Source of the DNA: Eubacteriales bacterium | GTDB taxonomy: Bacteria; Bacillota; Clostridia; Oscillospirales; CAG-272 | Direction of reading: 5' to 3' | NCBI GenBank assembly: GCA_045602185.1 | Contig: JAZSBB010000024.1 | Span: forward strand, 1 to 43,032 | Length of the DNA stretch: 43,032 nt | Shown: positions 16,130-25,165 of the stretch, in pieces | How positions within the stretch are numbered: position 1 is the first letter of the stretch | Layout: each line of letters begins with the position of its first letter | Position numbers and translations under genes: made by a program | The notes under the pieces: generated by a model | Seen by the model: only the letters and a program-made list of their open reading frames with translations | What the model was told of the DNA's origin: nothing | The model's database searches: none

Positions 16130-17654
16130 CTTGAATACCGATATTACCGATACCGAGGAGATTTGTGAGGAGCTGCTCGTTATGGAGGGGATATGCAAAA
16201 GCTTTCCCGGCGTTAAAGCCCTCGATAACGCCAGACTGACTCTCAAAAGAGGCAGCGTTCACGCTCTTATGGGTGAAAACGGAGCCGGAAAATCCACACT
16301 TATGAAATGCCTTTTCGGCGTTTATAAAAAGGATTCGGGAAAAATAACCCTTATGGGCGATGAGGTCGAATTCCACAACGCAAAGGAAGCGCTTTCAAAC
16401 GGTGTCGCTATGGTGCATCAGGAATTAAATCAAGCTATGAAGCTCTCGGTTATGGACAATATGTTCCTAGGTAGATATCCTAAAATTTCTCCCTATTTTC
16501 CTCTTACGAGCGAAAAACGGCTTTACGAAATGACAAAGGACGCTTTTGAAAAGCTTGGTATTGACGTCAATCCCAAAGAAAAAATGGAAAACCTTTCAGT
16601 TTCACGCAGACAGATGATTGAAATAGCAAAGGCAGTTTCCTATAACTCAAAGGTTATCGTTTTCGATGAACCGACCTCCTCGCTTACAGAAGAAGAGGCG
16701 GAAAAGCTTTTTTCAATAATAGAAGGTCTCAAAAAAAGCGGGTGCGGAATCATTTACATTTCTCACAAGATGGACGAGATACTGCGTATATGCGATGAAA
16801 TTACCGTTATGAGAGATGGGAAGCATATAACTACAAAGCCGGCAAGCGAGCTGACTACCGATGAAATTATACGACTGATGGTAGGAAGAACTCTTAGTAA
16901 CAGATATCCCGAAAAGACTAACTCTCCCGGTAAGGAGCTTATGCGGGTGTCAAATCTGTATTCGAAAAACGCAGGACTAAAAAACGTAAGCTTTTGTTTA
17001 CACGAAGGAGAAATTCTTGGGATAGCCGGACTTGACGGCTCAGGAAGAAGCGAAACCCTCGAAAGTATTTTCGGATTAAGAAGGACGGAGAGTATAAATC
17101 TTTCGGTTTTAGGACGTCCTGTAATCAATCAACGCCCCGGCAACGCAATTAAGAACGGATTTGCGCTCGTTACTGAGGAAAGGCGAAGCACCGGTATATT
17201 TTCAATACTCTCAATTCTCGAAAATACGGTGATAGCAAGCCTCAAAAAATTTCGCACGGGTCCCCTTCTATCCCACAAAAAGATGGTTAAGGAAACGAGA
17301 GCGAAGATAAAAGAACTAAAGATAAAAACACCGAGCGAAGAAACAAAAATCGAAAATCTTTCGGGCGGAAATCAACAAAAAGTCATAATTTCACGCTGGC
17401 TAATCACAAATCCGAGCGTCCTTATGCTAGACGAGCCGACCAGGGGAATTGACGTTGGAGCTAAATATGAAATATATAAGCTCATAATCGAGCTTGCAAC
17501 CGAGGGAAAGGGGATAATTGTCGTTTCCTCCGAGATGGGCGAGCTGCTCGGAATTTGCGATAGAATTATCGTTATGGCCGGAGGAAGAGTATCCGGAGAG
17601 CTTATGCGAAGCGAGGCTACTCAGGAAAAAATTATGGAGCTTGCCAGCAAATAG
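16122..17654 (+). CDS. mglA: Sugar ABC transporter ATP-binding protein with duplicated NBDs (MglA-like)
   Basis: Walker A GENGAGKST. There are two signature motifs (LSVSRRQ, degenerate, and LSGGNQQK) and two Walker B motifs (VIVFDEPT, VLMLDEPT). I prefer the ATG at 16122, which overlaps the mglB stop and follows GGGAGAAG. Confidence 0.88.
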   Translation: MISLNTDITDTEEICEELLVMEGICKSFPGVKALDNARLTLKRGSVHALMGENGAGKSTLMKCLFGVYKKDSGKITLMGDEVEFHNAKEALSNGVAMVHQELNQAMKLSVMDNMFLGRYPKISPYFPLTSEKRLYEMTKDAFEKLGIDVNPKEKMENLSVSRRQMIEIAKAVSYNSKVIVFDEPTSSLTEEEAEKLFSIIEGLKKSGCGIIYISHKMDEILRICDEITVMRDGKHITTKPASELTTDEIIRLMVGRTLSNRYPEKTNSPGKELMRVSNLYSKNAGLKNVSFCLHEGEILGIAGLDGSGRSETLESIFGLRRTESINLSVLGRPVINQRPGNAIKNGFALVTEERRSTGIFSILSILENTVIASLKKFRTGPLLSHKKMVKETRAKIKELKIKTPSEETKIENLSGGNQQKVIISRWLITNPSVLMLDEPTRGIDVGAKYEIYKLIIELATEGKGIIVVSSEMGELLGICDRIIVMAGGRVSGELMRSEATQEKIMELASK

Positions 17655-17663
17655 GAGAATTTT

Positions 17664-18779
17664 ATGAGTGAAGAAAAAAATACTGCAAATCCGATTGCCG
17701 CCTATTCCAAAAGAAAAATTTCAAATATAAAAGCAAAAATTTCCGATTTTAAGGCGCTTTCACGGGAGGATAAGCTCAAAAAAAGCAAGGATTTTATTCT
17801 TGATAACGCTATGTTTATCATTATTTCTCTTGCTATTGTCGTTATAGCTGTTATGCAACCGAGATTCCTCTCTGCCCCTTCGATAATTAATATCATTTCT
17901 TTAACTGCGGCTAAGCTCCCTATAGCCCTCGGAATAGGCGGCGCAATAGTCCTTAGCGGTACTGATATTTCCGCAGGACGAGCCGTTGGACTTACCGCCT
18001 GCATATCCGCTTCCCTTCTTCAAATGACCGGATATGCTAACAAGATGTTCCCCGCCTTTAAGGTTTTTCCTATATGGACGGTTCTTTTGATAGTTATGGC
18101 TGTGGGCGCTGTTATAGGTCTTGTAAACGGCTTTTTCGTAGCAAAATTCAAGCTCCACCCCTTTATAGTTACGCTGTCAACTCAGCTGATAATTTTCGGT
18201 CTCGTTCTGCTTTATCTTCAAATAGGCAACAACGGCGGTCAAACCCTATCAGGCCTTGACCCTTCCTACACCGACTTTATAAGCGGCCCTCTTTTTAAGG
18301 TTGGCGGCATTTCCGTTCCGAAATACGTTTTGTATTCTATTATAATTACCGTTATTATGTGGTTTATATGGAACAAGACGGTTTTCGGAAAGAATATGTT
18401 TGCCGTTGGCTCTAACGAAGAAGCAGCAAGAGTTTCGGGTGTTAATATTTTTAAAACAATTCTTTTAGTGTTTATGCTTGCCGGTATTATGTATGGCATT
18501 ACAGGCTTTATTGACGGAGCAAGAATCGGCTCTGCGGCTTCGTATACCGGACTCAACTATGAGAGTGACGCTATTGCGGCTTGCGTTATAGGCGGTGTTT
18601 CATTCGTTGGCGGAACGGGCAAGATAAGCGGTATTATCGTGGGCGTTCTTTTGCTTCAGATAATATTCGTAGGACTCAATTTCCTCTCCGTTGACCAGAA
18701 TATGCTTTATATAATAAAGGGACTTATTATTCTTCTTGCGTGTGCTGTCGATATGCGAAAGTACCTCAAAAAGAGATAA
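17664..18779 (+). CDS. mglC: Sugar ABC transporter permease (MglC/RbsC-type)
   Basis: AGGAGA RBS. The protein is multi-span and hydrophobic with the BPD_transp_2-type pattern (GGIDLS-like GTDISAGR; NEEAARVSGVN). Confidence 0.85.
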   Translation: MSEEKNTANPIAAYSKRKISNIKAKISDFKALSREDKLKKSKDFILDNAMFIIISLAIVVIAVMQPRFLSAPSIINIISLTAAKLPIALGIGGAIVLSGTDISAGRAVGLTACISASLLQMTGYANKMFPAFKVFPIWTVLLIVMAVGAVIGLVNGFFVAKFKLHPFIVTLSTQLIIFGLVLLYLQIGNNGGQTLSGLDPSYTDFISGPLFKVGGISVPKYVLYSIIITVIMWFIWNKTVFGKNMFAVGSNEEAARVSGVNIFKTILLVFMLAGIMYGITGFIDGARIGSAASYTGLNYESDAIAACVIGGVSFVGGTGKISGIIVGVLLLQIIFVGLNFLSVDQNMLYIIKGLIILLACAVDMRKYLKKR

Positions 18780-18804
18780 TCTTTTATCCTTTTAAAAGTA
18801 TAAA

Positions 18805-18870
18805 AATAAAGCTTAGACAAGGACGCTTTATATTCGGCGCCTCTGCCTAAGCTTTATTCACTTTTTAATT
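18805..18870 (+). terminator. Terminator of the mgl operon (12-bp stem, 30-nt loop, T-run)
   Basis: AATAAAGCTTAG (18805-18816) pairs with CTAAGCTTTATT (18847-18858), followed by CACTTTTTAATTTT. A weaker hairpin at 18879-18895 (AAAAGCC/GGCTTTT) probably serves livF on the opposite strand. Confidence 0.6.
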
Positions 18871-18915
18871 TTACAGATAAAAGCCCCGGGCTTTTTTCGT
18901 TTTTGTGGGTTGGAG

Positions 18916-19626
18916 TTAGCCGCCGAGATATGCTTTTTTGATAGAATCATCGGCAAGAAGCTCTGCGCCCGTTCCCTGCTTTACCATTTTGCCTATTTCA
19001 AGAACGTAAGCTCTATCGGCTATGGAGAGCGCTTTTTTTGCGTTCTGCTCAACGAGAAGAACTGTCGTTCCCATACTGTTTACAGTCTTTATCATATCGA
19101 AAATAGTATTTACGTAAAGCGGAGAAAGTCCCATACTCGGCTCGTCAAGAAGGAGTAGCTTGGGGCTTGACATAAGCGCTCGGCTCATCGCCAGCATCTG
19201 CTGCTCTCCGCCGGAAAGCGTTCCGGCTATCTGGTTCTTACGCTCGGCAAGAATCGGGAAATGAGAATACATTTCTTCAAGCTTTGCAGCGTACTCTGCC
19301 TTGTCCTTTTTTATATAGTATCCCATTTGCAGATTTTCAAGAACAGTCAGCTCCTGAAATATTCTTCTGCCCTCGGGAACCTGAGCAAGTCCCATATATA
19401 CGAGCTTATGCGCCGGAATATGTGTTATATCCGAGCCTTCAAGACTCACGCTTCCCGCCACTTTGGGAATAAGGGCGTTTATAGCGTGCATTATGGTTGT
19501 TTTTCCGGCGCCGTTTGCTCCGATAAGCGCCACAATTTCGCCCTCGTTTACGTCAAAGGAGACTCCTTTTATTGCTTTGATAAGTCCGTAATTGACCTCC
19601 AGGTCACGTACCTCAAGTAATGCCAT
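18916..19626 (-). CDS. livF: Branched-chain amino-acid ABC transporter ATP-binding protein
   Basis: Walker A GANGAGKTT, signature LSGGEQQML and Walker B LLLLDEPS. I prefer the ATG at 19626 (MALLEVRDLEV...) because of the upstream AAGGAAAGGAGAA. Confidence 0.9.
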   Translation of the reverse strand: MALLEVRDLEVNYGLIKAIKGVSFDVNEGEIVALIGANGAGKTTIMHAINALIPKVAGSVSLEGSDITHIPAHKLVYMGLAQVPEGRRIFQELTVLENLQMGYYIKKDKAEYAAKLEEMYSHFPILAERKNQIAGTLSGGEQQMLAMSRALMSSPKLLLLDEPSMGLSPLYVNTIFDMIKTVNSMGTTVLLVEQNAKKALSIADRAYVLEIGKMVKQGTGAELLADDSIKKAYLGG

Positions 19627-19642
19627 TTCAGTTCTCCTTTCC

Positions 19643-20416
19643 TTAGTCGTCACCGAGGTAGGCTTTTATTACCTCGGGATTTGAGAGAGCCTCATCGGTA
19701 TTACCGTCAGCAAGTGTAGTTCCGAAATTGAGGACTGTTACTCTGTCACATATTCCCTTGACAAGACTCATATCGTGCTCTATTAGCAGTATTGTCATAT
19801 CAAAGTTATCTCGCACGAAGCGAATGGTATCCATCAGCTCGGCGGTTTCCTGGGGGTTCATTCCTGCTGCCGGCTCGTCAAGAAGAAGAAGCGTAGGATT
19901 TGTTGCAAGCGCTCTCGCAATTTCAAGCTTTCTCTGCTTTCCGTAGGGAAGGTTGCACGCAAGAGTGTTCTTTAGCTCGAGAAGCCCGAAAATATCAAGT
20001 ATTTCTTCTGCTCTCATTACCATTTTGCGTTCGGTTTTAAACTGCTTTGAAAATCTCAGAATAGTCGGTATAAGTCCGCATTTGTACTCGGGAAGATTAT
20101 GAAGCCCTACCATTACGTTTCTTATGACCGTCATATTGTTGAATAGTCTGATGTTTTGGAAGGTTCTTGCTATTCCCTTGTGATTTATAATTTCTTGAGA
20201 ATTGCCGGTAAGGTCCTCGCCGTTCAAATAAAACGTTCCGGTGGTCGGCTTATAAACGCCCGTCAGCATGTTAAAAACTGTGGTTTTTCCGGCTCCGTTC
20301 GGCCCTATAAGACCGTATATCTCATTTTTCTTTACTTGCAGATTTACGTTCTGCGCAGCTTTAAGTCCGCCAAAGGAAATGCCGAGATTTTTGGTTTCAA
20401 GTACGTACTCTGCCAT
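19643..20416 (-). CDS. livG: Branched-chain amino-acid ABC transporter ATP-binding protein
   Basis: Walker A GPNGAGKTT, degenerate signature LPYGKQRKL and Walker B LLLLDEPAAG. The ATG at 20416 overlaps the livM TGA (TGATG) and follows AGGAGG. Confidence 0.9.
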   Translation of the reverse strand: MAEYVLETKNLGISFGGLKAAQNVNLQVKKNEIYGLIGPNGAGKTTVFNMLTGVYKPTTGTFYLNGEDLTGNSQEIINHKGIARTFQNIRLFNNMTVIRNVMVGLHNLPEYKCGLIPTILRFSKQFKTERKMVMRAEEILDIFGLLELKNTLACNLPYGKQRKLEIARALATNPTLLLLDEPAAGMNPQETAELMDTIRFVRDNFDMTILLIEHDMSLVKGICDRVTVLNFGTTLADGNTDEALSNPEVIKAYLGDD

Positions 20417-21615
20417 CACTCGCCCTCCTTGTCCGGATTTTTCGTGCTTTCATTTACGATGATATCGGTAGAAATAATTTCGTTCATCTCAATTTTCGTA
20501 GGTATTTTGCTCCAAGCATCGTCATCATCGGCATAGTGATACGAGTTCTTGAAAACCTTAGAGCGTATATAATCCACAAGACGCTTCAAATTGTACTTTT
20601 CTCTGACGTTCTTAAGCTTAGGCGCATTATTATATATAATTATCAGAATGAGGATAAGCGAATATATTATATCCTTTAGAATAGCAAGGTCTCCTACGAG
20701 AATATTCTGAAGCTGAATATTGAGGTAGGTTATAACGGTTGCCGATATTATTGCGCCGTTTATGCTCGCCATTCCTCCGAGAACGACCATAATGAGAATT
20801 TCTATAGAGTAATTGTAGTCGAAATTTGCGGCAGAAACAGAGAAATTACCGTAGCTGAAAAGAACACCCGCCATTCCTGCAAAAACCGCAGAAATGATAA
20901 ATGCTACAAGCTTATATTTAGTTACGTTAATGCCCGTTGCTCTTGCGGCAATTTCATCATCTCTTATAGCCGTTATCGCACGTCCGTGCTTCGAACGGAT
21001 AAGGTTCTGTATAACCGCCATAGTGATGAGAACTACTATAAAGCCTATGATAAAGAGGTAATCCTGGTCCATACGGATATCCTTGGTTTTTATTCCGACA
21101 GGGCCATCTATAATAGGCTTGTTTTCTTCACTGGGTTCTCCTATTGCGACAGTGATGTTTTCAAATATCGTTTTAACGATTTCAACGAATGCTAGGGTTA
21201 CGATAGCGAGGTAGTCGCCTTTTAGCCTGAGCGCAGGAAGACCTATCAAAAATCCAAAGAAGCCTGCAACTACAGCTCCTACCGCAAGCGCTATCAAAAA
21301 CGCAACTATTCCATTTCCTTCAAATACGGTATATCTGTCAAGAATAATTGCCACAAAACCGCCAAAATACGCTCCTATGCAGACGAATCCTGCGTGTCCA
21401 AGCGAAAGCTCGCCGAGAAAGCCTACCACAAGCGAAAGGGATATTGCAAGAACGATGTTCATAGAAATCGTTTCAAGCATAAAGAGCGTTGACTGCGGCA
21501 GGGCGCCCGCAAACGAAAGTATTGCCAAAATTGCGGTTATCAAGCCTATCGCCATATAATTGACGTAATAACGAAGGCTGAAGGTTCGGGGTGATAGTAT
21601 TTTCTTATCGTTCAT
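20416..21615 (-). CDS. livM: Branched-chain amino-acid ABC transporter permease with a ~69-aa hydrophilic C-terminal tail
   Basis: LivM-type membrane protein (IRDDEIAARATGINV). The ATG lies 1 nt after the livH stop. The tail after the last TM segment contains an acidic DDDD patch. Confidence 0.88.
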   Translation of the reverse strand: MNDKKILSPRTFSLRYYVNYMAIGLITAILAILSFAGALPQSTLFMLETISMNIVLAISLSLVVGFLGELSLGHAGFVCIGAYFGGFVAIILDRYTVFEGNGIVAFLIALAVGAVVAGFFGFLIGLPALRLKGDYLAIVTLAFVEIVKTIFENITVAIGEPSEENKPIIDGPVGIKTKDIRMDQDYLFIIGFIVVLITMAVIQNLIRSKHGRAITAIRDDEIAARATGINVTKYKLVAFIISAVFAGMAGVLFSYGNFSVSAANFDYNYSIEILIMVVLGGMASINGAIISATVITYLNIQLQNILVGDLAILKDIIYSLILILIIIYNNAPKLKNVREKYNLKRLVDYIRSKVFKNSYHYADDDDAWSKIPTKIEMNEIISTDIIVNESTKNPDKEGE

Positions 21616-21616
21616 A

Positions 21617-22486
21617 TTACACCTTCTCCCTTCTCTTCTTTCCGAGAATACCGTTAGGCTTTACAAGAAGTATGATAATAAGTATTGCAAATTCTATAGC
21701 TATGGTAAACGGAGCTATTGCAGGGATTGAATTACAAATGCATTCAACAACACCGAGAAGTATTCCGCCAAGCATTGCGCCGGGAATAGAGCCTATTCCT
21801 CCTATTACCGCTGCGGTAAATGCTTTGATACCGGGCAGCGCTCCGTACGTAGGCATTATAGTTGCTGAGGGACGAAGCAAATCGAGAAATCCTGCCGTAG
21901 CCGCAAGTCCAGAGCCGACAGCAAAGGTTATCATAATAATAAAATTAACGTTGATACCCATAAGGCGAGCGGCGTCCTTATCCTCGGAAACCGCTATCAT
22001 AGCTCTTCCCGTTTTCGTGAGGTTGATAAACATAGTAAGTAAAACCATTACCACTACGGTTACCGCAAGGGTAATAATAGTATGATATCCGATTTGAAGC
22101 TCACCTATAACTAGATATCCGAGATTTGCGATGTTTATAAACTGAGGCGCTGCGCCGAATATTATCTGCGCAAGACTCTGGAGCAAATAGCTGACACCTA
22201 TAGCGGTAATCAAAACCGCAAGGGGAGAAGCGCCTCGCAAAGGTCTATACGCCGCACGCTCAACAGTAACACCCAGGATAACGCAAAAGACAATCGATAA
22301 GATAAGCGCAAGTATCGGATTTACGGTAGCGAAAATAAGTATCATATATCCGCCAACCATTATTATGTCACCGTGCGCAAAGTTAAGCATTTTTGCGATA
22401 CCGTAAACCATAGTATAACCGAGAGCTATCATAGCGTAAATGCCGCCAAGGCTCAATCCGTTAACTAAAGTAATTAAAAAATCCAT
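21617..22486 (-). CDS. livH: Branched-chain amino-acid ABC transporter permease
   Basis: LivH-type sequence (LNFAHGDIIMVGGY, VSEDKDAARLMGINV), 289 aa. Confidence 0.9.
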   Translation of the reverse strand: MDFLITLVNGLSLGGIYAMIALGYTMVYGIAKMLNFAHGDIIMVGGYMILIFATVNPILALILSIVFCVILGVTVERAAYRPLRGASPLAVLITAIGVSYLLQSLAQIIFGAAPQFINIANLGYLVIGELQIGYHTIITLAVTVVVMVLLTMFINLTKTGRAMIAVSEDKDAARLMGINVNFIIMITFAVGSGLAATAGFLDLLRPSATIMPTYGALPGIKAFTAAVIGGIGSIPGAMLGGILLGVVECICNSIPAIAPFTIAIEFAILIIILLVKPNGILGKKRREKV

Positions 22487-22519
22487 AAAACGTCCTTTTC
22501 CGTATCACAACAATTTGCC

Positions 22520-22538
22520 GGCGCAGAAATTCTGCGTC
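22520..22538 (-). promoter_or_regulatory. Intercistronic hairpin between livJ and livH (possible partial terminator or mRNA-stabilising structure)
   Basis: CGCAGAA (22522-22528) and TTCTGCG (22530-22536) form a near-perfect palindrome in the 90-nt livJ-livH gap. There is no clear T-run. Confidence 0.4.
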
Positions 22539-22576
22539 AGCAAACTGTCAAAAACTTATTTTATTAAGAAAATTTA

Positions 22577-23779
22577 TCAGTCGGCAGCCTTTACGATATA
22601 CTTTTCAGCCTTCTTGTTTACAAATCCGTCAGCATTCCAGCTGATGTTGGACTTGCCGTTTGCCTCTGCCTTACCGGTAATTCCGTGGAACTCGTATCCG
22701 CCGGCAAACGCAATGCTAAGAAGTGAGCAAAGGTCAGCTGCAGAGGTAGAACCGTCAATGGTTGCGCCTGCATCTACTGCAGCCTTAAGAACCTCGTAGA
22801 TAGCGTAAACACAGTCGTAAGCTGCTGCGCCAAACTGGTTAACAGGCTCTTTTTCTTCATCAAATGCTTCGTTGTACTTTGCTATAAAGTCTGCTGCTGC
22901 GCCTTCCTGAGCGTTAGAATTAAAGTGAGAGAGATAGGAAACTTCCTGAGGAATGGTAGTGATATCAAAGCCTTTTATTGCATCAATACCGTCAAGTCCG
23001 TCACAGCCGTAGTAAACAGCCTTGTTATCTACCTTGCCTACTGCTGCCTTCATAAACTGAGAAGCGGGAGTATAGTAAATGGGCATAAAGATTACGTCAC
23101 AATCCTTGAGGGTGTTAACCTGAGTATCAAACTGGTTTTCTTCACCCTTGAAGGATGCTTCCTTAAGGCCTGCCTTAAGGTCTGCGCTAAGAGCTGCAAG
23201 GAACTTTGCGCGAATACCGGTAGAATACTCGTCATCGGACTTGTAAAATACGCCTATTTTCTTGCCCTGGTAGTTCTCGTTAAAGAACTCTGCGGAAGCA
23301 GTTCCCTGGTTGGAATCTGCAAAGCACATCTGGAATGCGTTTGAGTACTCGGGAATATCATCGCCCGATGCCGAGGGAGTAAGTACGAACATATTATCGT
23401 CCTTGGAAAGCTCCTTGAACTGAAGACCGGGCTTGGTGGTTACAGTACCGAGAGAAAGCTGCATTCCCGACTCAACGAGATTTGCATATCCCTGAGGAAC
23501 GAGAGCGGGGTCGTGCTTGTCATCGTACATCTGGAACGAGAACAGTACGCCGTTAAGTCCACCCTTTTCATTGATTTCGCTGATAGCGAGCATAGCGCTG
23601 TTCTTAACAGCAACTCCGTAAACGGCAGCTGCACCGGTAAGGGGCCCTGATACTCCTATTTTTATTGTGTCATCAGAAAATTTGGGAACCTCGATGGTAG
23701 AACCGCAAGATGCGAATAAAGGAACCATCATTGCGAGTGCGAGTACAAGACAAAGTACTCTTGAAACTGTCTTTTTCAT
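22577..23779 (-). CDS. livJ: Branched-chain amino-acid ABC transporter substrate-binding lipoprotein
   Basis: The signal peptide has the lipobox FASC. The sequence is PBP1 Leu/Ile/Val-binding-like (GVSGPLTGAAAVYG). I prefer the ATG at 23779 (MKKTVSRV...), which has GGAG 7 nt upstream, over the ATG at 23791. Confidence 0.88.
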   Translation of the reverse strand: MKKTVSRVLCLVLALAMMVPLFASCGSTIEVPKFSDDTIKIGVSGPLTGAAAVYGVAVKNSAMLAISEINEKGGLNGVLFSFQMYDDKHDPALVPQGYANLVESGMQLSLGTVTTKPGLQFKELSKDDNMFVLTPSASGDDIPEYSNAFQMCFADSNQGTASAEFFNENYQGKKIGVFYKSDDEYSTGIRAKFLAALSADLKAGLKEASFKGEENQFDTQVNTLKDCDVIFMPIYYTPASQFMKAAVGKVDNKAVYYGCDGLDGIDAIKGFDITTIPQEVSYLSHFNSNAQEGAAADFIAKYNEAFDEEKEPVNQFGAAAYDCVYAIYEVLKAAVDAGATIDGSTSAADLCSLLSIAFAGGYEFHGITGKAEANGKSNISWNADGFVNKKAEKYIVKAAD

Positions 23780-23829
23780 TTTAATCTCCATTCTGCCGTT
23801 TTGGCAATTTGTTTTTGAAAGATGTTCCT

Positions 23830-23858
23830 ATTATATTACTTTATTAAACAAAAGTCAA
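23830..23858 (-). promoter_or_regulatory. Sigma-70/SigA-type promoter of the liv operon (TTGACT-17 nt-TATAAT on the minus strand)
   Basis: The reverse complement of 23853-23858 is TTGACT and of 23830-23835 is TATAAT, with a 17-nt spacer. Confidence 0.6.
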
Positions 23859-24011
23859 TAGTTTTTGATATGACATTTTTTCATACCCTGCCGATTTTAA
23901 AGCATATATTCAAAAATACGCATATTCCGCTATCTGATATTTGTTTTTTAACCTTTATAACGAAAAAATGATACTGTTATTAGTTGAAAAATGTAGGTTT
24001 TTGACTTTTAT

Positions 24012-24056
24012 AAAAAAGAAGGCAGAGATACCGTTTCGCAGTATCTCTGCCTAAAT
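24012..24056 (-). terminator. Rho-independent terminator of the 13-kb ABC/NHL-Yip1 operon
   Basis: 11-bp stem GGCAGAGATAC (24021-24031) / GTATCTCTGCC (24041-24051) with a 9-nt loop. On the minus strand it is followed by TTCTTTTTTA. A second small hairpin lies at 24065-24082. Confidence 0.8.
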
Positions 24057-24097
24057 TTTGTTGTTCTGCCTTTTGCGGCAGAGTTGGTTTTGTTTTA

Positions 24098-25150
24098 TTA
24101 TCCTACAAGGCCGGAACGCTCTATACCCTGAACAAGATATCTCTGACAGAAGAGATATACTATTACAAGAGGCATAATTATCATCATACCGGCAGTGTTA
24201 CGGATTACAGTTGCATACTTGGGAACTGCTTCAACTGCGGCGGAAAGACTATCGGGAACGTTCGAGAATACGTCAGGCATAAGATATATCTTGGTTTCCT
24301 CGTCAAAAACCGTAAAGAATATCTTTGTGTAGAACTGGTCAGTCCACTGCCAAGAAAACGAGAACAGAAATACCGTTATCATCATAGGCACTGAGAGAGG
24401 AAGAATTATCTGGAAGAAGGTGCGGAACACTCCCGAACCGTCAACGTATGCAGATTCCTCAAGCTCATCGGGAACGCCCTTAAAGAACTGACGCATAAGG
24501 TAGATATAAAGTCCGTTTTTGAACGCAAGTCCAAATACCGACAGCACCGCAAGGGGCCAGAAGGAGTTGGAAAGGTCAAGCGGAGCGCCCGTTAATATTT
24601 CTATAATACCCTTGTAGTCCCAGGAAATAACCTTGAGCAAGTCAAACTGAGAGAAATGCTGTATCAACGAAAGGTTAAGAGTTGCGTGAGGAATTACCAT
24701 CGTTACGACAACCGCTCCCATAAGAAGTTTATTACCCTTGAACTTGAATTTCGCAAGACCGTAGCCTATAAGACAGGTTATAAGCGTTTGGATAAATGCG
24801 CATAGCAAGGAGAGCAAGGTCGTGTTAAGCACTGCTTCAAAATAGGAATTATCTAAAATTATGTATTTATAGATATCCAAAGTGAAATTCTTGGGAATAA
24901 GCGCAACCGTGGAGTCAAGTATATCCTTGGTTGACATAAAGGAATTTGATATTCTGGCAAAGAAGGGGAAAAGAATTACGAACGATACGCCAAGCATCAA
25001 TATAAAGCGGAATACCGTTATAACCCCCTTTATCCAGGTTGCAGACGCCTTTATTTTACTTTTGAGTCGTTCTTGCAGAGAAAGCTTACCTTCGTAATCA
25101 ACGCGGATTCTGTTTTTTGTTTCTTTTCTAACGTTTGGTTTTGCATCCAT
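24098..25150 (-). CDS. Carbohydrate (CUT1-type) ABC transporter permease, MalG-like, second pair
   Basis: AAGGAGG RBS. EAA loop EESAYVDGSGVFRTFFQIILPLSVP. Six predicted hydrophobic spans and a ~45-aa basic N-terminal extension. Confidence 0.85.
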   Translation of the reverse strand: MDAKPNVRKETKNRIRVDYEGKLSLQERLKSKIKASATWIKGVITVFRFILMLGVSFVILFPFFARISNSFMSTKDILDSTVALIPKNFTLDIYKYIILDNSYFEAVLNTTLLSLLCAFIQTLITCLIGYGLAKFKFKGNKLLMGAVVVTMVIPHATLNLSLIQHFSQFDLLKVISWDYKGIIEILTGAPLDLSNSFWPLAVLSVFGLAFKNGLYIYLMRQFFKGVPDELEESAYVDGSGVFRTFFQIILPLSVPMMITVFLFSFSWQWTDQFYTKIFFTVFDEETKIYLMPDVFSNVPDSLSAAVEAVPKYATVIRNTAGMMIIMPLVIVYLFCQRYLVQGIERSGLVG

Positions 25151-25165
25151 ATCGTTGTTACCTCC

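Noticed and set aside
24065-24083. Second small hairpin (TCTGCC/GGCAGA) just after the last permease gene, considered as an independent terminator
   Set aside because: It has only a 6-bp stem and no T-run on the minus strand. The 11-bp-stem hairpin at 24021-24051 is the credible terminator.
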